DNA of 64,000 nt from an uncultured Clostridia bacterium. Lineage in GTDB: Bacteria; Bacillota; Clostridia; Christensenellales; UBA1242. A program made the translations under genes and the position numbers. The DNA lies in assembly GCA_934757865.1 (NCBI GenBank), contig CAKVLS010000002.1:102973-166972 (forward strand), in the 5' to 3' direction. This document shows, piece after piece, positions 53,647-62,329 of this stretch (within the stretch, counting starts at the first letter, position 1; the number at the start of each line of letters is the position of its first letter). Below the pieces are notes generated by a model that had not been told where the DNA came from, made no database searches, and saw only the letters and a list, made by a program, of their open reading frames with translations.

Positions 53647-56034
53647 TTAGTCTTTGCAATGTGGGCATTTTGCTTTTGGAGTTTTTTGCTCTTTTTTGCA
53701 ACATTCATGCTCACCGCTACCATTAGACTCTTTTTTATCTTTACAGTGGCAAACTTTTTCTTCTACTTGTTTTTCTTCAAGTTTTTTAGCTTTTGTAGTT
53801 TCTTGTTTTGCTTTTTGCTCTTCTTCAGGTTTGATATATTTTGTTTTAAGAATAAATGCAGAACTAATTACTACAAATAGTGATGAGAAGTTGTGAACAA
53901 GTACACCTGTTGTTGGGGTCAAAATGCCAAACAAACTTAGTATTACAGATATAACATTGATGCTCATAGAAATAATGATATTTCTCTTGATTGTTCCTAG
54001 GGTGTTACGAGATAAGTGAAGTGTGTTATATACATTTCTTACATCGCTGTTCATGATAGCAACATCGGCAGTCTCGACAGCTACATCACTACCTAGAGCT
54101 CCCATAGCTACCGAACAATCTGCTCCTGCAAGTGCTGGTGCATCATTGACACCATCGCCTATCATACATACATTGTGACCTTCTTTTTTAAGTTTAAGCA
54201 CAGCATCAAGTTTATCCTCTGGCATAAGCTCAGCTACATATTTATCTACGCCAACAAGTGAAGTTGTATAACTAGCAGCAGCTTTGTTATCACCCGTTAG
54301 CATTATAGTGCTATAATTTTTTGATTTTAGAAGGTCAATTATATCTTTTGCGTCATCTCTTAGTGTATCAAACAAGCATACAGCACCTACTGGCTTAAAT
54401 CCTGCAATTACTACAACTATACTGTAACCTTTGTCTAGGTACTCGCTTAATGAATTTAAGTTTTTGTCCTCAGGATACAACTTTTTAGCTTCTTTGTAGC
54501 TGACAGCTTTTACAAGTTTGCCATCAACTTTTGCAGATATACCAACACCTACAAGTGATCTTGTGTTTATTGGGTCTGGAACTTTTTTAACTTTTGAAGT
54601 TGCATATTTGTAAATAGCTTTTCCTATTGGGTGCTCAGAATACTTCTCTATACTTCCAAGCATTGTAAGCAAATCTTTTTCTTTAGTTTTGTCAAAGGCG
54701 ATAACTTTTTCTACATTAAGCTCGCCGGTTGTTATTGTTCCTGTCTTATCAAATGCAACAGTGTCTACTTTTGCAAGTCTTTCAATTGCGTCACCAGACT
54801 TGATAATAACACCGTTATATGCGGCAGAACCAAGACCAGCAGCGACAGCGGTAGGAGTTGCAAGAGTTAATGAACATGGGCAGAAAACAACTAGAATTGT
54901 TGTAGCTCTAATAAGCGCTTGAGCTATAGTCAAATGGAAAGCAAAGTAAGATACAACACCTATCAAAAGCGACAAAACAACTGCGCTAGGTACAATATAA
55001 CTTGCCCATCTATCAGCAAGTCTTGAGATAGGGGCTTTTTGACCCTCGGCCTCTTTAACTAGCTCAATAAGTTTGTTAACAGTCATATCTTTAGGCGGAA
55101 TGGTAACTTTTACTTCGATAACGCCTTGTTTGTTATAGGTAGCGCCATAAACTTTATCGCCGACCTTAACATCTACTGGGACAAACTCACCTGTAACTGA
55201 AGATTGGTCTATTGAGCTTTCGCCCTTAACAATCTCTCCATCAACTGGTACTTGCTCGTTGGGTTTTACAAGAACGACATCTCCAATCATAAGTTTTGAG
55301 ATAGGTGTCTTTTCGTAATTAGAGCCTACTTTTACCATAGCAGTCTTAGGTGTCATAGCTATTAGTCTTTCGATACCTTTACGAGATTTTCCGACAGTCC
55401 AATCTTCTATCAAACCGCCAAGCGCCATAAAGAACGCTATCTCTCCCGCTGCAAAAATATAACTATGTGAATGCCCTCCAGTATGTCCTACGGCATATTC
55501 TAGCACTATAGATGCTATCATAGCAATACTAACAAGTAGCGATGAAGTTATCTTTTTCTTTTTAAGTCCCATAAAAGCAGTCACAAATATTTCATAACCA
55601 CAAAGTGCAACGGCTACATATCCAAAATCTAAAAATCTAAGATTAGGAAGTCCAACCAATTTCCATATATCAATATAACTAAGTACTATACCAACAAGAG
55701 ATATAAGTATCAAAGTTAACTTTTTGATAAGGTCTCTTTTTTCATATTCTTTAGAAGCGCTCTTATGGGTGTGGCAACATGATGGTGCTTTGTATGTTTT
55801 ATTACCACAGCAGTCTGTATTGTCATCTTCTTCGGCTTTTGCGTTTTCTATCTCGCATTCTTTGGCTAGTTGCTCTTCTTCTTTCTTCCTTAACTCTTCC
55901 ATGAGTTTAAGACGCTCTCTTCTTGCTCTACAATGTGGACAGTCGCAAACTTCTTCGTCATGTACTTTGGTCTTTTCGTCCTTTAGCACAACACCATTAT
56001 CTTTTTTTACTTCGTTATTACTCTCAGTATCCAT
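53647..56034 (-). CDS. P1B-type heavy-metal-translocating ATPase (CPC type) with Cys/His-rich N- and C-terminal tails instead of an HMA domain
   Basis: 'DKTGTIT', 'CPCSLTLATP', 'SEHPIGKAI', 'GDGVNDAPAL'. N-terminus has 'CDCPHCRA' and 'DCCGNKTYKAPSCCHTH'. C-terminus has 'CHCKD...EHECCKK...KCPHCKD'. Metal specificity cannot be assigned from the TM motifs (see finding). Confidence 0.85.
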   Translation of the reverse strand: MDTESNNEVKKDNGVVLKDEKTKVHDEEVCDCPHCRARRERLKLMEELRKKEEEQLAKECEIENAKAEEDDNTDCCGNKTYKAPSCCHTHKSASKEYEKRDLIKKLTLILISLVGIVLSYIDIWKLVGLPNLRFLDFGYVAVALCGYEIFVTAFMGLKKKKITSSLLVSIAMIASIVLEYAVGHTGGHSHSYIFAAGEIAFFMALGGLIEDWTVGKSRKGIERLIAMTPKTAMVKVGSNYEKTPISKLMIGDVVLVKPNEQVPVDGEIVKGESSIDQSSVTGEFVPVDVKVGDKVYGATYNKQGVIEVKVTIPPKDMTVNKLIELVKEAEGQKAPISRLADRWASYIVPSAVVLSLLIGVVSYFAFHLTIAQALIRATTILVVFCPCSLTLATPTAVAAGLGSAAYNGVIIKSGDAIERLAKVDTVAFDKTGTITTGELNVEKVIAFDKTKEKDLLTMLGSIEKYSEHPIGKAIYKYATSKVKKVPDPINTRSLVGVGISAKVDGKLVKAVSYKEAKKLYPEDKNLNSLSEYLDKGYSIVVVIAGFKPVGAVCLFDTLRDDAKDIIDLLKSKNYSTIMLTGDNKAAASYTTSLVGVDKYVAELMPEDKLDAVLKLKKEGHNVCMIGDGVNDAPALAGADCSVAMGALGSDVAVETADVAIMNSDVRNVYNTLHLSRNTLGTIKRNIIISMSINVISVILSLFGILTPTTGVLVHNFSSLFVVISSAFILKTKYIKPEEEQKAKQETTKAKKLEEKQVEEKVCHCKDKKESNGSGEHECCKKEQKTPKAKCPHCKD

Positions 56035-56043
56035 TTACGCTCC

Positions 56044-56307
56044 TTACAAGTATTTGTCCAAAATATTATTAAATCTATTAAGTATATCTCCATCACCTTT
56101 TTGGACACCCTCTTTCACGCAGGTATTAAGGTGATTTTTCAAAATTATCTTACCAAGTTTGTTGATAGAACTCTCGACAGCCGCTAGCTGTACCAAAATA
56201 TCTTCACAACCCTTGCCCTCTTCTATCATCTTTTTGATGCCGGCAATATGTCCCTCGGCAGTAGATAATCTTGTGATCAAAGTCTTTTTTGTATCATTTT
56301 CAATCAT
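56044..56307 (-). CDS. csoR: CsoR/RcnR-family metal-sensing repressor (C-H-C, CsoR-like)
   Basis: 'L..RL...EGHI.GI.KMIEEGK.CEDIL.QL.AV..S...L...IL.NHL..C' with Cys / His-x3-Cys ligand positions. Start at ATG 56307 after GGGGAG (the ORF track uses a GTG at 56322). 9 nt upstream of the ATPase gene. Confidence 0.8.
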   Translation of the reverse strand: MIENDTKKTLITRLSTAEGHIAGIKKMIEEGKGCEDILVQLAAVESSINKLGKIILKNHLNTCVKEGVQKGDGDILNRFNNILDKYL

Positions 56308-56320
56308 AAGTTTACTCCCC

Positions 56321-56338
56321 ACCCCCTCCCTTGGGGGT
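56321..56338. promoter_or_regulatory. GC-rich inverted repeat, candidate CsoR operator
   Basis: ACCCCC-tccctt-GGGGGT, a perfect 6-bp inverted repeat. It lies between the putative -10 region (TAATAT/TATAAT around 56346-56354; -35 TTGACA at 56377-56372) and the csoR SD. G/C-tract palindromes of this type are what CsoR proteins bind. Confidence 0.55.
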
Positions 56339-56529
56339 TTACGCTATTATATTATCCCCAAAACATATGCTTGTCAATCAATTTTTAGAACTTTTTACAA
56401 AAAAAATATGTGGCAAATTTTACCACATACTTTTAATTGTTTAATATAAACATTCATAAATTTTAATTAATAATCATAATATCAGCATCAACTTAAAGAA
56501 TAATAAATAGTTTATTTTAATCTTTTAGT

Positions 56530-57318
56530 TTATTTTTCGTCTTTTGCTTCTTCACCTTTGGCAACAACAGTTTCTTGTTTTCTGCTCTTTTTTGTAGCAA
56601 GCCAATATATCAAATAGAAACAAGCAATAACCCCATATACCGCAACAACAACAGCAAAAGGCATTAACCATTTTGGTACAAATGGGAAAGTTGAGCCCGT
56701 AATAAAGAACCAGTCGTAGTGGTGAGGTCCACCGTTAAATGATAGGTTGCCTAACCCTGCCCACAAAGCGATACAAATTACACCAATAAGTGGTTGCCAC
56801 ATGTTCTTTACATGTAGTTTTACTTCGCCTGTGGTTAAAGATAGAACTCCCCAAGAAAGCAAAAGTCCATGATAAACCATTGTTTGAATTACTTTATAAC
56901 ACCAAGGAGAAACTCCACCAAGTGCAGAGCCCGGATATACAAGGTACATCATACTTCCTGCCATGGCAAGAGTAACTGCAACCTCTTTGAACCATTCTTT
57001 TTTTGAGTATTGAGCAAAAGTAGCAACAATACACATAAGTGTACAAATATGGAAAGGCAATTTGTCAATATCTAATGTAAAATTGCTTGTTACAAAAGGT
57101 TGTAGCATAAAGTCAACAATATACAAAACTAAAGTTGTAACAACGATCACTCTCAAAGTTTTTTCTTTTGTTTCTTTAGATTTGTTTTTTAATAAAAATG
57201 CTCCACCAACAATAGCTCCCGCTATAAGCAAGATGTATAGAAAATGCCATATAGAAAACAACTCTATACTAACTTTTCCAACTTTCCAACCAAAAATGTT
57301 TCTTAAAAATTTTGTCAT
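56530..57318 (-). CDS. YwaF/TMEM164-family polytopic membrane protein
   Basis: ~7 TM helices with the family-typical 'F....H..Y' N-terminus and 'KLPFHICTLM' motif (LP-hH-hC). Short Lys/Glu-rich tail. Confidence 0.55.
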   Translation of the reverse strand: MTKFLRNIFGWKVGKVSIELFSIWHFLYILLIAGAIVGGAFLLKNKSKETKEKTLRVIVVTTLVLYIVDFMLQPFVTSNFTLDIDKLPFHICTLMCIVATFAQYSKKEWFKEVAVTLAMAGSMMYLVYPGSALGGVSPWCYKVIQTMVYHGLLLSWGVLSLTTGEVKLHVKNMWQPLIGVICIALWAGLGNLSFNGGPHHYDWFFITGSTFPFVPKWLMPFAVVVAVYGVIACFYLIYWLATKKSRKQETVVAKGEEAKDEK

Positions 57319-58082
57319 TTTTCAACCTCTTTTTTCTTAAAATTTTTAATTATTTTATATAAAGTTCTATCCTCTTTCTTTTTGGTGCTGAGTTCAAAAA
57401 TTTCAGTAATTAAAAAGACTAAAATTAATCCAAAAATGCCCATTGTAATTGTATTTAGCCATGGTAGTTGTGGGAATGGCAGTTTTTCTAGATACATTGA
57501 ATTACAGCTTCTAAGTCCAAAGGCTTTATAAAGACCATTAATAATCAACCCATCCACCAAAAATAGTATCAGCCCCAAAAAGCAAGAAATACAATTCGAA
57601 ATATCTATTCTTAAAAATCCACCTACCAAAATGTACAAGCACCCAAAAACCATTGTTGCATGACTTAATAGTCCTCTAAACGAAAACCAATTGGTAAGCG
57701 TAGGATTGCTTGCAAAATTTTCATTAAAGACAATACCTATAATACCGCATACAACGCCCGCATAAAATGTAAACTCATACATTATTTTTGCAAATTTAGA
57801 ATCAGATTTTTTTACAAAAGCACAAATAACTAAACACCACATTAACACATTGCAAGGGTATATAGGTAAGATAAGCGGAGCCTCTACAATAGCAGTGCCT
57901 TTGTTAGCAAAAAAATCAACATATAAAGTGCTAAAATGTATTATTACAGTAAGTATTGCAAATATTTTCAAAACATTTTTCTTACACTTCTCTTCTTTTA
58001 CAAAACATTTACATAATATAAGTCCTATAACAGTAAGAGAAAATGAAGTCACCATAAATAAAATATGTTGAGTATTAAACAT
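57315..58082 (-). CDS. YwaF/TMEM164-family polytopic membrane protein (diverged tandem paralog)
   Basis: Same topology as the downstream gene, with 'LILPIYPCNVLMW' in place of the LPxHxC motif. 4-nt overlap with the downstream paralog. Confidence 0.5.
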   Translation of the reverse strand: MFNTQHILFMVTSFSLTVIGLILCKCFVKEEKCKKNVLKIFAILTVIIHFSTLYVDFFANKGTAIVEAPLILPIYPCNVLMWCLVICAFVKKSDSKFAKIMYEFTFYAGVVCGIIGIVFNENFASNPTLTNWFSFRGLLSHATMVFGCLYILVGGFLRIDISNCISCFLGLILFLVDGLIINGLYKAFGLRSCNSMYLEKLPFPQLPWLNTITMGIFGLILVFLITEIFELSTKKKEDRTLYKIIKNFKKKEVEK

Positions 58083-58384
58083 TTCTTACCTCTTGGTTAT
58101 TTTATAAGTTTTTATATTTTTATGTCAATTTTTTTGACAACTTTTTTTTGTAAAAGATATGCTTTTATTTTTTGTAATAGTAAAATTAGGTAAAAACATT
58201 TAATTCTGTAGATTTTCGACATTTTTTGCGTTTTAATTTTATATTAAGTAAAATTTTGTATTTTTTTAACAGAAGATGACATTAACAAAAAAAATCGTTT
58301 TTGATTTAGTTATTTAATTTTGACTAAATGTATTTTTGAGCGACTAATTCAAAACTTTCAAGCACTCTCATTTTGCCTTATGTA

Positions 58385-58413
58385 TTGACTAAAAGCCTTG
58401 TCCGTGGTACAAT
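58385..58413 (+). promoter_or_regulatory. near-consensus sigma-A promoter of the orphan two-gene operon
   Basis: TTGACT (58385-58390), 17 nt, TACAAT (58408-58413); a GGAGG SD lies 7 nt before ATG 58439. Confidence 0.6.
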
Positions 58414-58438
58414 AAACTAACAAATATGGAGGACAACG

Positions 58439-59680
58439 ATGAGAAAACCAACTAAACCTTGGGTAAAAGCAACAAACGATATCGCAATAAGATCACAAAT
58501 TCAATCTATAACTGGCAAAAATGAAATTGCAGGTATAGATAATCTTGTTAATTATTTTAAGACTCTGTACAACGGAGAAAGATACTATACTCGTATTGTT
58601 GAGTCAAAAGACAATTTGACAGCTGACGAAAAGCGTAAAGCCGTTGATCAAACTTCTATACACCTATATCTAGAAGACCATTTGGACGACCTATCAAAAA
58701 TTTGTGATTATAGATTATACGAGCATTATGGCGAAGAGTACGATAGAAACTTTGTATCTGTGCCTGATGGTTACACAGTGGCTGATGTCCCAAAAGGTTT
58801 CCCAACCTCTAAACGCCGCACCACTACAGCATATCCAATCTCTGACGAAGAGATGCGAGCTAGATATTTCAAGCACCCACTAATACCTATAATGCGTGAA
58901 GGCAATGTTGTTAAATTTATGGGTCTTGATAGCGAGTCAAAAAGACCAGTATTATTTGCTATGTCTGTTGACAATGATAAAACAACTAATACTCAAAATA
59001 TTCTTCTTGTACTAGAAGCTCATGGCGAAGAAGAAGGCATAATCAACCTAGATCGTGTTACTTGCAACCCACCAACAGTACATGAGGACTTTGAGAGAGA
59101 TAGCAAAGGCAAAATTGTCGTAGACAAATTTGGTATCGCAAAAACAGTAAAGGTATATCCGGTATACACCAGCAATCACAATTTCTGTATGCAAGATAGA
59201 ATTACCGACCCTAACGGCTACTCTGCCAGAGTTAACGAACAAGACAAAGGTTTTGTAATAAAAGATGGCAAAGCATATAGACAAGAGATTACAGAAACTA
59301 ATAAAGAGGAACTATACCCTGCAACATTTGATGATGCATTATCTATTTTTATGAACGACCACAATATGATATATTGTCAATCTGCAAGATACAACAAAGG
59401 CACTACCTTTGGTTCTTGCCCAGATACTGAGATGCTACTTGGTTTGCATGTAGATGATATGATCCTAGCTGACGAAAATACTCCATTTACACTAGAATCA
59501 TATAAAGAGCTTGGAGAGTTTGCATTAGAGATAGCAAGCGAAAATGTTAAATCTTTGAGAAACGATGGTCAAAACATCGATCTTGACAACCCAGCTAATA
59601 AAAGGGTTCTTGCCCAAACAAACGAACAAGCCCCTAGCCTATCACTTAGTGAATATGCAGATAAAGGTCTAATTAAATAA
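58439..59680 (+). CDS. hypothetical protein (413 aa), no recognisable family
   Basis: Strong promoter and SD. Soluble (no signal peptide or TM), no P-loop and no nuclease, protease or HTH motif that I can recognise. Acidic overall with scattered Cys/His. Confidence 0.7.
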   Translation: MRKPTKPWVKATNDIAIRSQIQSITGKNEIAGIDNLVNYFKTLYNGERYYTRIVESKDNLTADEKRKAVDQTSIHLYLEDHLDDLSKICDYRLYEHYGEEYDRNFVSVPDGYTVADVPKGFPTSKRRTTTAYPISDEEMRARYFKHPLIPIMREGNVVKFMGLDSESKRPVLFAMSVDNDKTTNTQNILLVLEAHGEEEGIINLDRVTCNPPTVHEDFERDSKGKIVVDKFGIAKTVKVYPVYTSNHNFCMQDRITDPNGYSARVNEQDKGFVIKDGKAYRQEITETNKEELYPATFDDALSIFMNDHNMIYCQSARYNKGTTFGSCPDTEMLLGLHVDDMILADENTPFTLESYKELGEFALEIASENVKSLRNDGQNIDLDNPANKRVLAQTNEQAPSLSLSEYADKGLIK

Positions 59681-59733
59681 TTATAATTTGACTTAAAAAA
59701 ATATATTTAGTAAAATATAACGAGGATAGTTAA

Positions 59734-60105
59734 ATGGATATAAATAAAATTTTAGACAATTATAGAAATGACATAAAATATAGAGAGTTTGACGGAAAAT
59801 ACATTGTGGCTTTGCCTATATTTTTCCCAGGCTCACACGACAGCATAGCTATTAGACTTGAGGCTGATACGCAAGGCAGACCAAGTATAAGCGATTGCCA
59901 CACTACTCTAGATTACCTAGATGAGATGGGTGTTGATATAAGTAAATATTCTTCTAAACTACAAAAGATTATGACTAGATACGGCCTTGTTCAAAACGAT
60001 AGAGAGTTTACTCTTAATGTTCCAACCAACAACGAGGATTATTTGACCAAATACTTAGGTTACTTCGTTCAAGCCATATCTCTTATAGCCAATATAGATA
60101 TGTAA
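59734..60105 (+). CDS. DUF1828-like small protein (123 aa)
   Basis: GAGGA SD. 'ILDNYRNDI.YREFDGKYIVALPIFFPGSHDSIAIRLE......PSISDCHTTLDYLDEMGVDI' plus the C-terminal 'YLGYFVQAISLIANI' follow the layout I remember for DUF1828. By-eye call only. Confidence 0.5.
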   Translation: MDINKILDNYRNDIKYREFDGKYIVALPIFFPGSHDSIAIRLEADTQGRPSISDCHTTLDYLDEMGVDISKYSSKLQKIMTRYGLVQNDREFTLNVPTNNEDYLTKYLGYFVQAISLIANIDM

Positions 60106-60166
60106 AGCATATTTTTTAGAAAAACAAAACTTATAAAAACATATCAAAAATAGCCAATAAATAAAC

Positions 60167-60196
60167 AAAAATACCACCACAAGTGGTATTTTTTTA
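60167..60196 (+). terminator. rho-independent terminator of the two-gene operon
   Basis: AATACCAC-cacaa-GTGGTATT followed by TTTTTT. Confidence 0.75.
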
Positions 60197-60399
60197 TACA
60201 TAGAGCTTTGCATGTATACTAGTATCAAAAAAATCATATTAGGAAAATTAAAAAAACACTTGCAAAATATGTCAAAGTATGATATTGTAAATAAGCATTT
60301 TGATAGTAGAAAATAATTAACCCCGTAAGTTATATCTTACAAACATCCCTCCTTTTATTGTTATCCTTTTTTAATTATTTTCTACAACTAAATATGCAT

Positions 60400-60485
60400 G
60401 CCGAAGTGGTGGAATGGTAGACACAAGGGACTTAAAATCCCTCGGGGGCAACTCCGTATCGGTTCGAGTCCGATCTCCGGCACCA
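60400..60485 (+). tRNA. tRNA-Leu (anticodon UAA), class II with long variable arm, encoded CCA
   Basis: Cloverleaf drawn by hand. Acceptor GCCGAAG/CTCCGGC (one A5.C68 mismatch). Anticodon stem AGGGA/TCCCT with loop CTTAAAA. Variable arm CGGGG-gcaa-CTCCG. T-arm ATCGG-TTCGAGT-CCGAT. Ends in ACCA. Confidence 0.9.
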
Positions 60486-60517
60486 AAAAAAAGACTGACT
60501 AATTGTCAGTCTTTTTT
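60486..60517. terminator. bidirectional rho-independent terminator (tRNA / ADH gene)
   Basis: AAGACTGAC-taatt-GTCAGTCTT with A-run and T-run flanks. Confidence 0.75.
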
Positions 60518-60536
60518 GTTTTTCATTTTTGAATAA

Positions 60537-61853
60537 CTATTTAGTTGTCTTTTGCTCCTTAGCGGTTTTCTTTTGATTTGGAGTTGTTGTTTTTGGGGCA
60601 TGTTTTTTAGTATCTTTGGTTGCTTTTTGAGATTGCTTTTTGGCTTTGGTTTCTAGGCCACCAATTTTGATATACATTTGCTTCAACTCTTCTTTATCCA
60701 TTAGTTTTGGGACTGGATATAGAGGGTTACCCTCTTTGTCGGCTTTTGTAGCAAGGTCATCAATATCTTCTAGGTTTATCATGTCTAGAGTTTTTGGTAA
60801 GCCAAAATGCTTATTCATACTCTCTATCCATTTGATGAATTTTTGAGCGGATACTTCGTGGCTATCTTCATAAGTTGCTATTCTTGCCATTTTTGCAAGT
60901 TTAGAAAGTTTAACCTCACAAGTACTTCCGTACTCTTTCAAAAAGTATGGCAAAATAACTGCATTAGCAAGTCCATGCGCAACTCCGTACTTACCACCTA
61001 GAGAGTGTGCTACTGCGTGGACATATCCAACATAAGACTTAGTAAATGCGGCGCCCGCCTCAAATGATGCCATAAGCATATTTTTACGAGCCTCGACATC
61101 TTGACCGTTGTCAAAAGCTTTCTTTAGGTTGTCTACTATAAGCAAAACTGCATCCTCAGACATTTTTCGGGTGTCACTTGTGGTTGACTTACCAATATAT
61201 GCCTCTACTGCATGAGTAAGTGCGTCCATACCAGTAGTTGCGGTAACAAAAGGTGGAAGTCCAAGTGTTACTCTATAATCAAGTACTGCATAATATGGAA
61301 TTAGGCAAAAGTCATTGATTGCATACTTGAAGTGTGTCTTTTCGTCAGTGATAACTGCTGCAACAGTTGTTTCGCTACCAGTACCGGCAGTTGTAGGCAC
61401 AGCAATAAGTAGTGGTAACTTCTTGCGTATTTTTAGTAAGCCCTTCATCTCATTAACTTTTTGTTTAGGCTTGACGGCACGAGCACCAATAATCTTAGCA
61501 CAGTCCATAACAGACCCCCCGCCAAAAGCTATGATTGCGGTACAATTATTTGAGTTATATTTTACAAGGCCTTTTTCGATATTTTCAATAGTTGGGTTAG
61601 GCACAACATTATCAAAAACTGAAAGTTTGATACCCTCTTTTTTTATCATAGTTTCTAGATTTTTAGTTAGTCCTAGTCCTCTAATACCACTATCTGTAAC
61701 AAGTAGTACAGAGTCTACACGCTTATTAGACAAAAGCTCTGGGACTTTATCTAAGCTGTCCAAAACTCTTGGCTTTCTGTATGGCATAAAAGGCACAGCC
61801 ATACGCATTAACCATTGATAAAATCTACAATATGCTCTCTTTGATGATTTCAT
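60537..61853 (-). CDS. iron-containing alcohol dehydrogenase with a Lys-rich C-terminal tail
   Basis: 'AFGGGSVMDCAK', 'VPTTAGTGSE', and the metal-His cluster 'HAVAHSLGGKYGVAHG'. Start at ATG 61853 after AGGAGAG. The last ~37 aa are KAKKQSQKATKDTKKHAPKTTTPNQKKTAKEQKTTK. Confidence 0.85.
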   Translation of the reverse strand: MKSSKRAYCRFYQWLMRMAVPFMPYRKPRVLDSLDKVPELLSNKRVDSVLLVTDSGIRGLGLTKNLETMIKKEGIKLSVFDNVVPNPTIENIEKGLVKYNSNNCTAIIAFGGGSVMDCAKIIGARAVKPKQKVNEMKGLLKIRKKLPLLIAVPTTAGTGSETTVAAVITDEKTHFKYAINDFCLIPYYAVLDYRVTLGLPPFVTATTGMDALTHAVEAYIGKSTTSDTRKMSEDAVLLIVDNLKKAFDNGQDVEARKNMLMASFEAGAAFTKSYVGYVHAVAHSLGGKYGVAHGLANAVILPYFLKEYGSTCEVKLSKLAKMARIATYEDSHEVSAQKFIKWIESMNKHFGLPKTLDMINLEDIDDLATKADKEGNPLYPVPKLMDKEELKQMYIKIGGLETKAKKQSQKATKDTKKHAPKTTTPNQKKTAKEQKTTK

Positions 61854-61912
61854 AATTATCTCTCCTATAGATATTATAGCCAAAAGCTAAAAAATCTCAA
61901 ACAAAATGCAAT

Positions 61913-61937
61913 AAAAAAACACCTAAAAATTAGGTGT
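61913..61937 (-). terminator. rho-independent terminator after the 102-aa gene
   Basis: ACACCTAA-aaa-TTAGGTGT followed by a T-run on the minus strand. Confidence 0.7.
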
Positions 61938-61944
61938 AATTTTA

Positions 61945-62253
61945 TTACTTTTTAGTAGTCTTTTTTGTTGTTTTTGGGGCTGCCTTTGTAGCTGTTTTTG
62001 TTGTAGTTTTCTTAGCAGCTGGTTTTGCAGCAGTCTTCTTTGCAGGAGCTTTCTTTGTAGCAGGCTTTACAACCTTAACACCGATTAACTCTACTGCTGG
62101 CTCTACAGTCTTTTCGTAAGCTGTAGCACATGGGTCTACTAGTGATTTGTCACAATTTTTGCAATAATCATAGCTTCCGCAAGTATCTTTTCCAGCTTTT
62201 TCGCTATCAAACCATTTTTGAAGTTCTAGCTCTTTTTGTTTTTCGTCCAACAT
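61945..62253 (-). CDS. small protein: N-terminal 4-Cys domain + histone-H1/HupB-like Lys/Ala/Thr-rich tail
   Basis: Cys at 25, 31, 34 and 42 ('KWFDSEKAGKDTCGSYDYCKNCDKSLVDPC'). The tail is KKAPAKKTAAKPAAKKTTTKTATKAAPKTTKKTTKK. Confidence 0.6.
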   Translation of the reverse strand: MLDEKQKELELQKWFDSEKAGKDTCGSYDYCKNCDKSLVDPCATAYEKTVEPAVELIGVKVVKPATKKAPAKKTAAKPAAKKTTTKTATKAAPKTTKKTTKK

Positions 62254-62329
62254 AATTTTTCCTCCGTTAAGTAGTTTCTAAATGCAATTTGTAACATTTA
62301 TAAACTATATTATAGCAGTTAATTTTACT

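Noticed and set aside
53605-53896. Phe/Cys/Leu-rich + strand ORFs (91 aa and 80 aa) at the 3' end of the ATPase gene
   Set aside because: They are the complement of the Lys/Glu-rich C-terminal tail coding region, so they are a compositional artefact.
60400-60485. tRNA-Leu being a pseudogene because of the A5.C68 acceptor-stem mismatch
   Set aside because: All other stems, the T-loop, the anticodon loop and the encoded CCA are intact. A single A.C mismatch is tolerated in many functional tRNAs.
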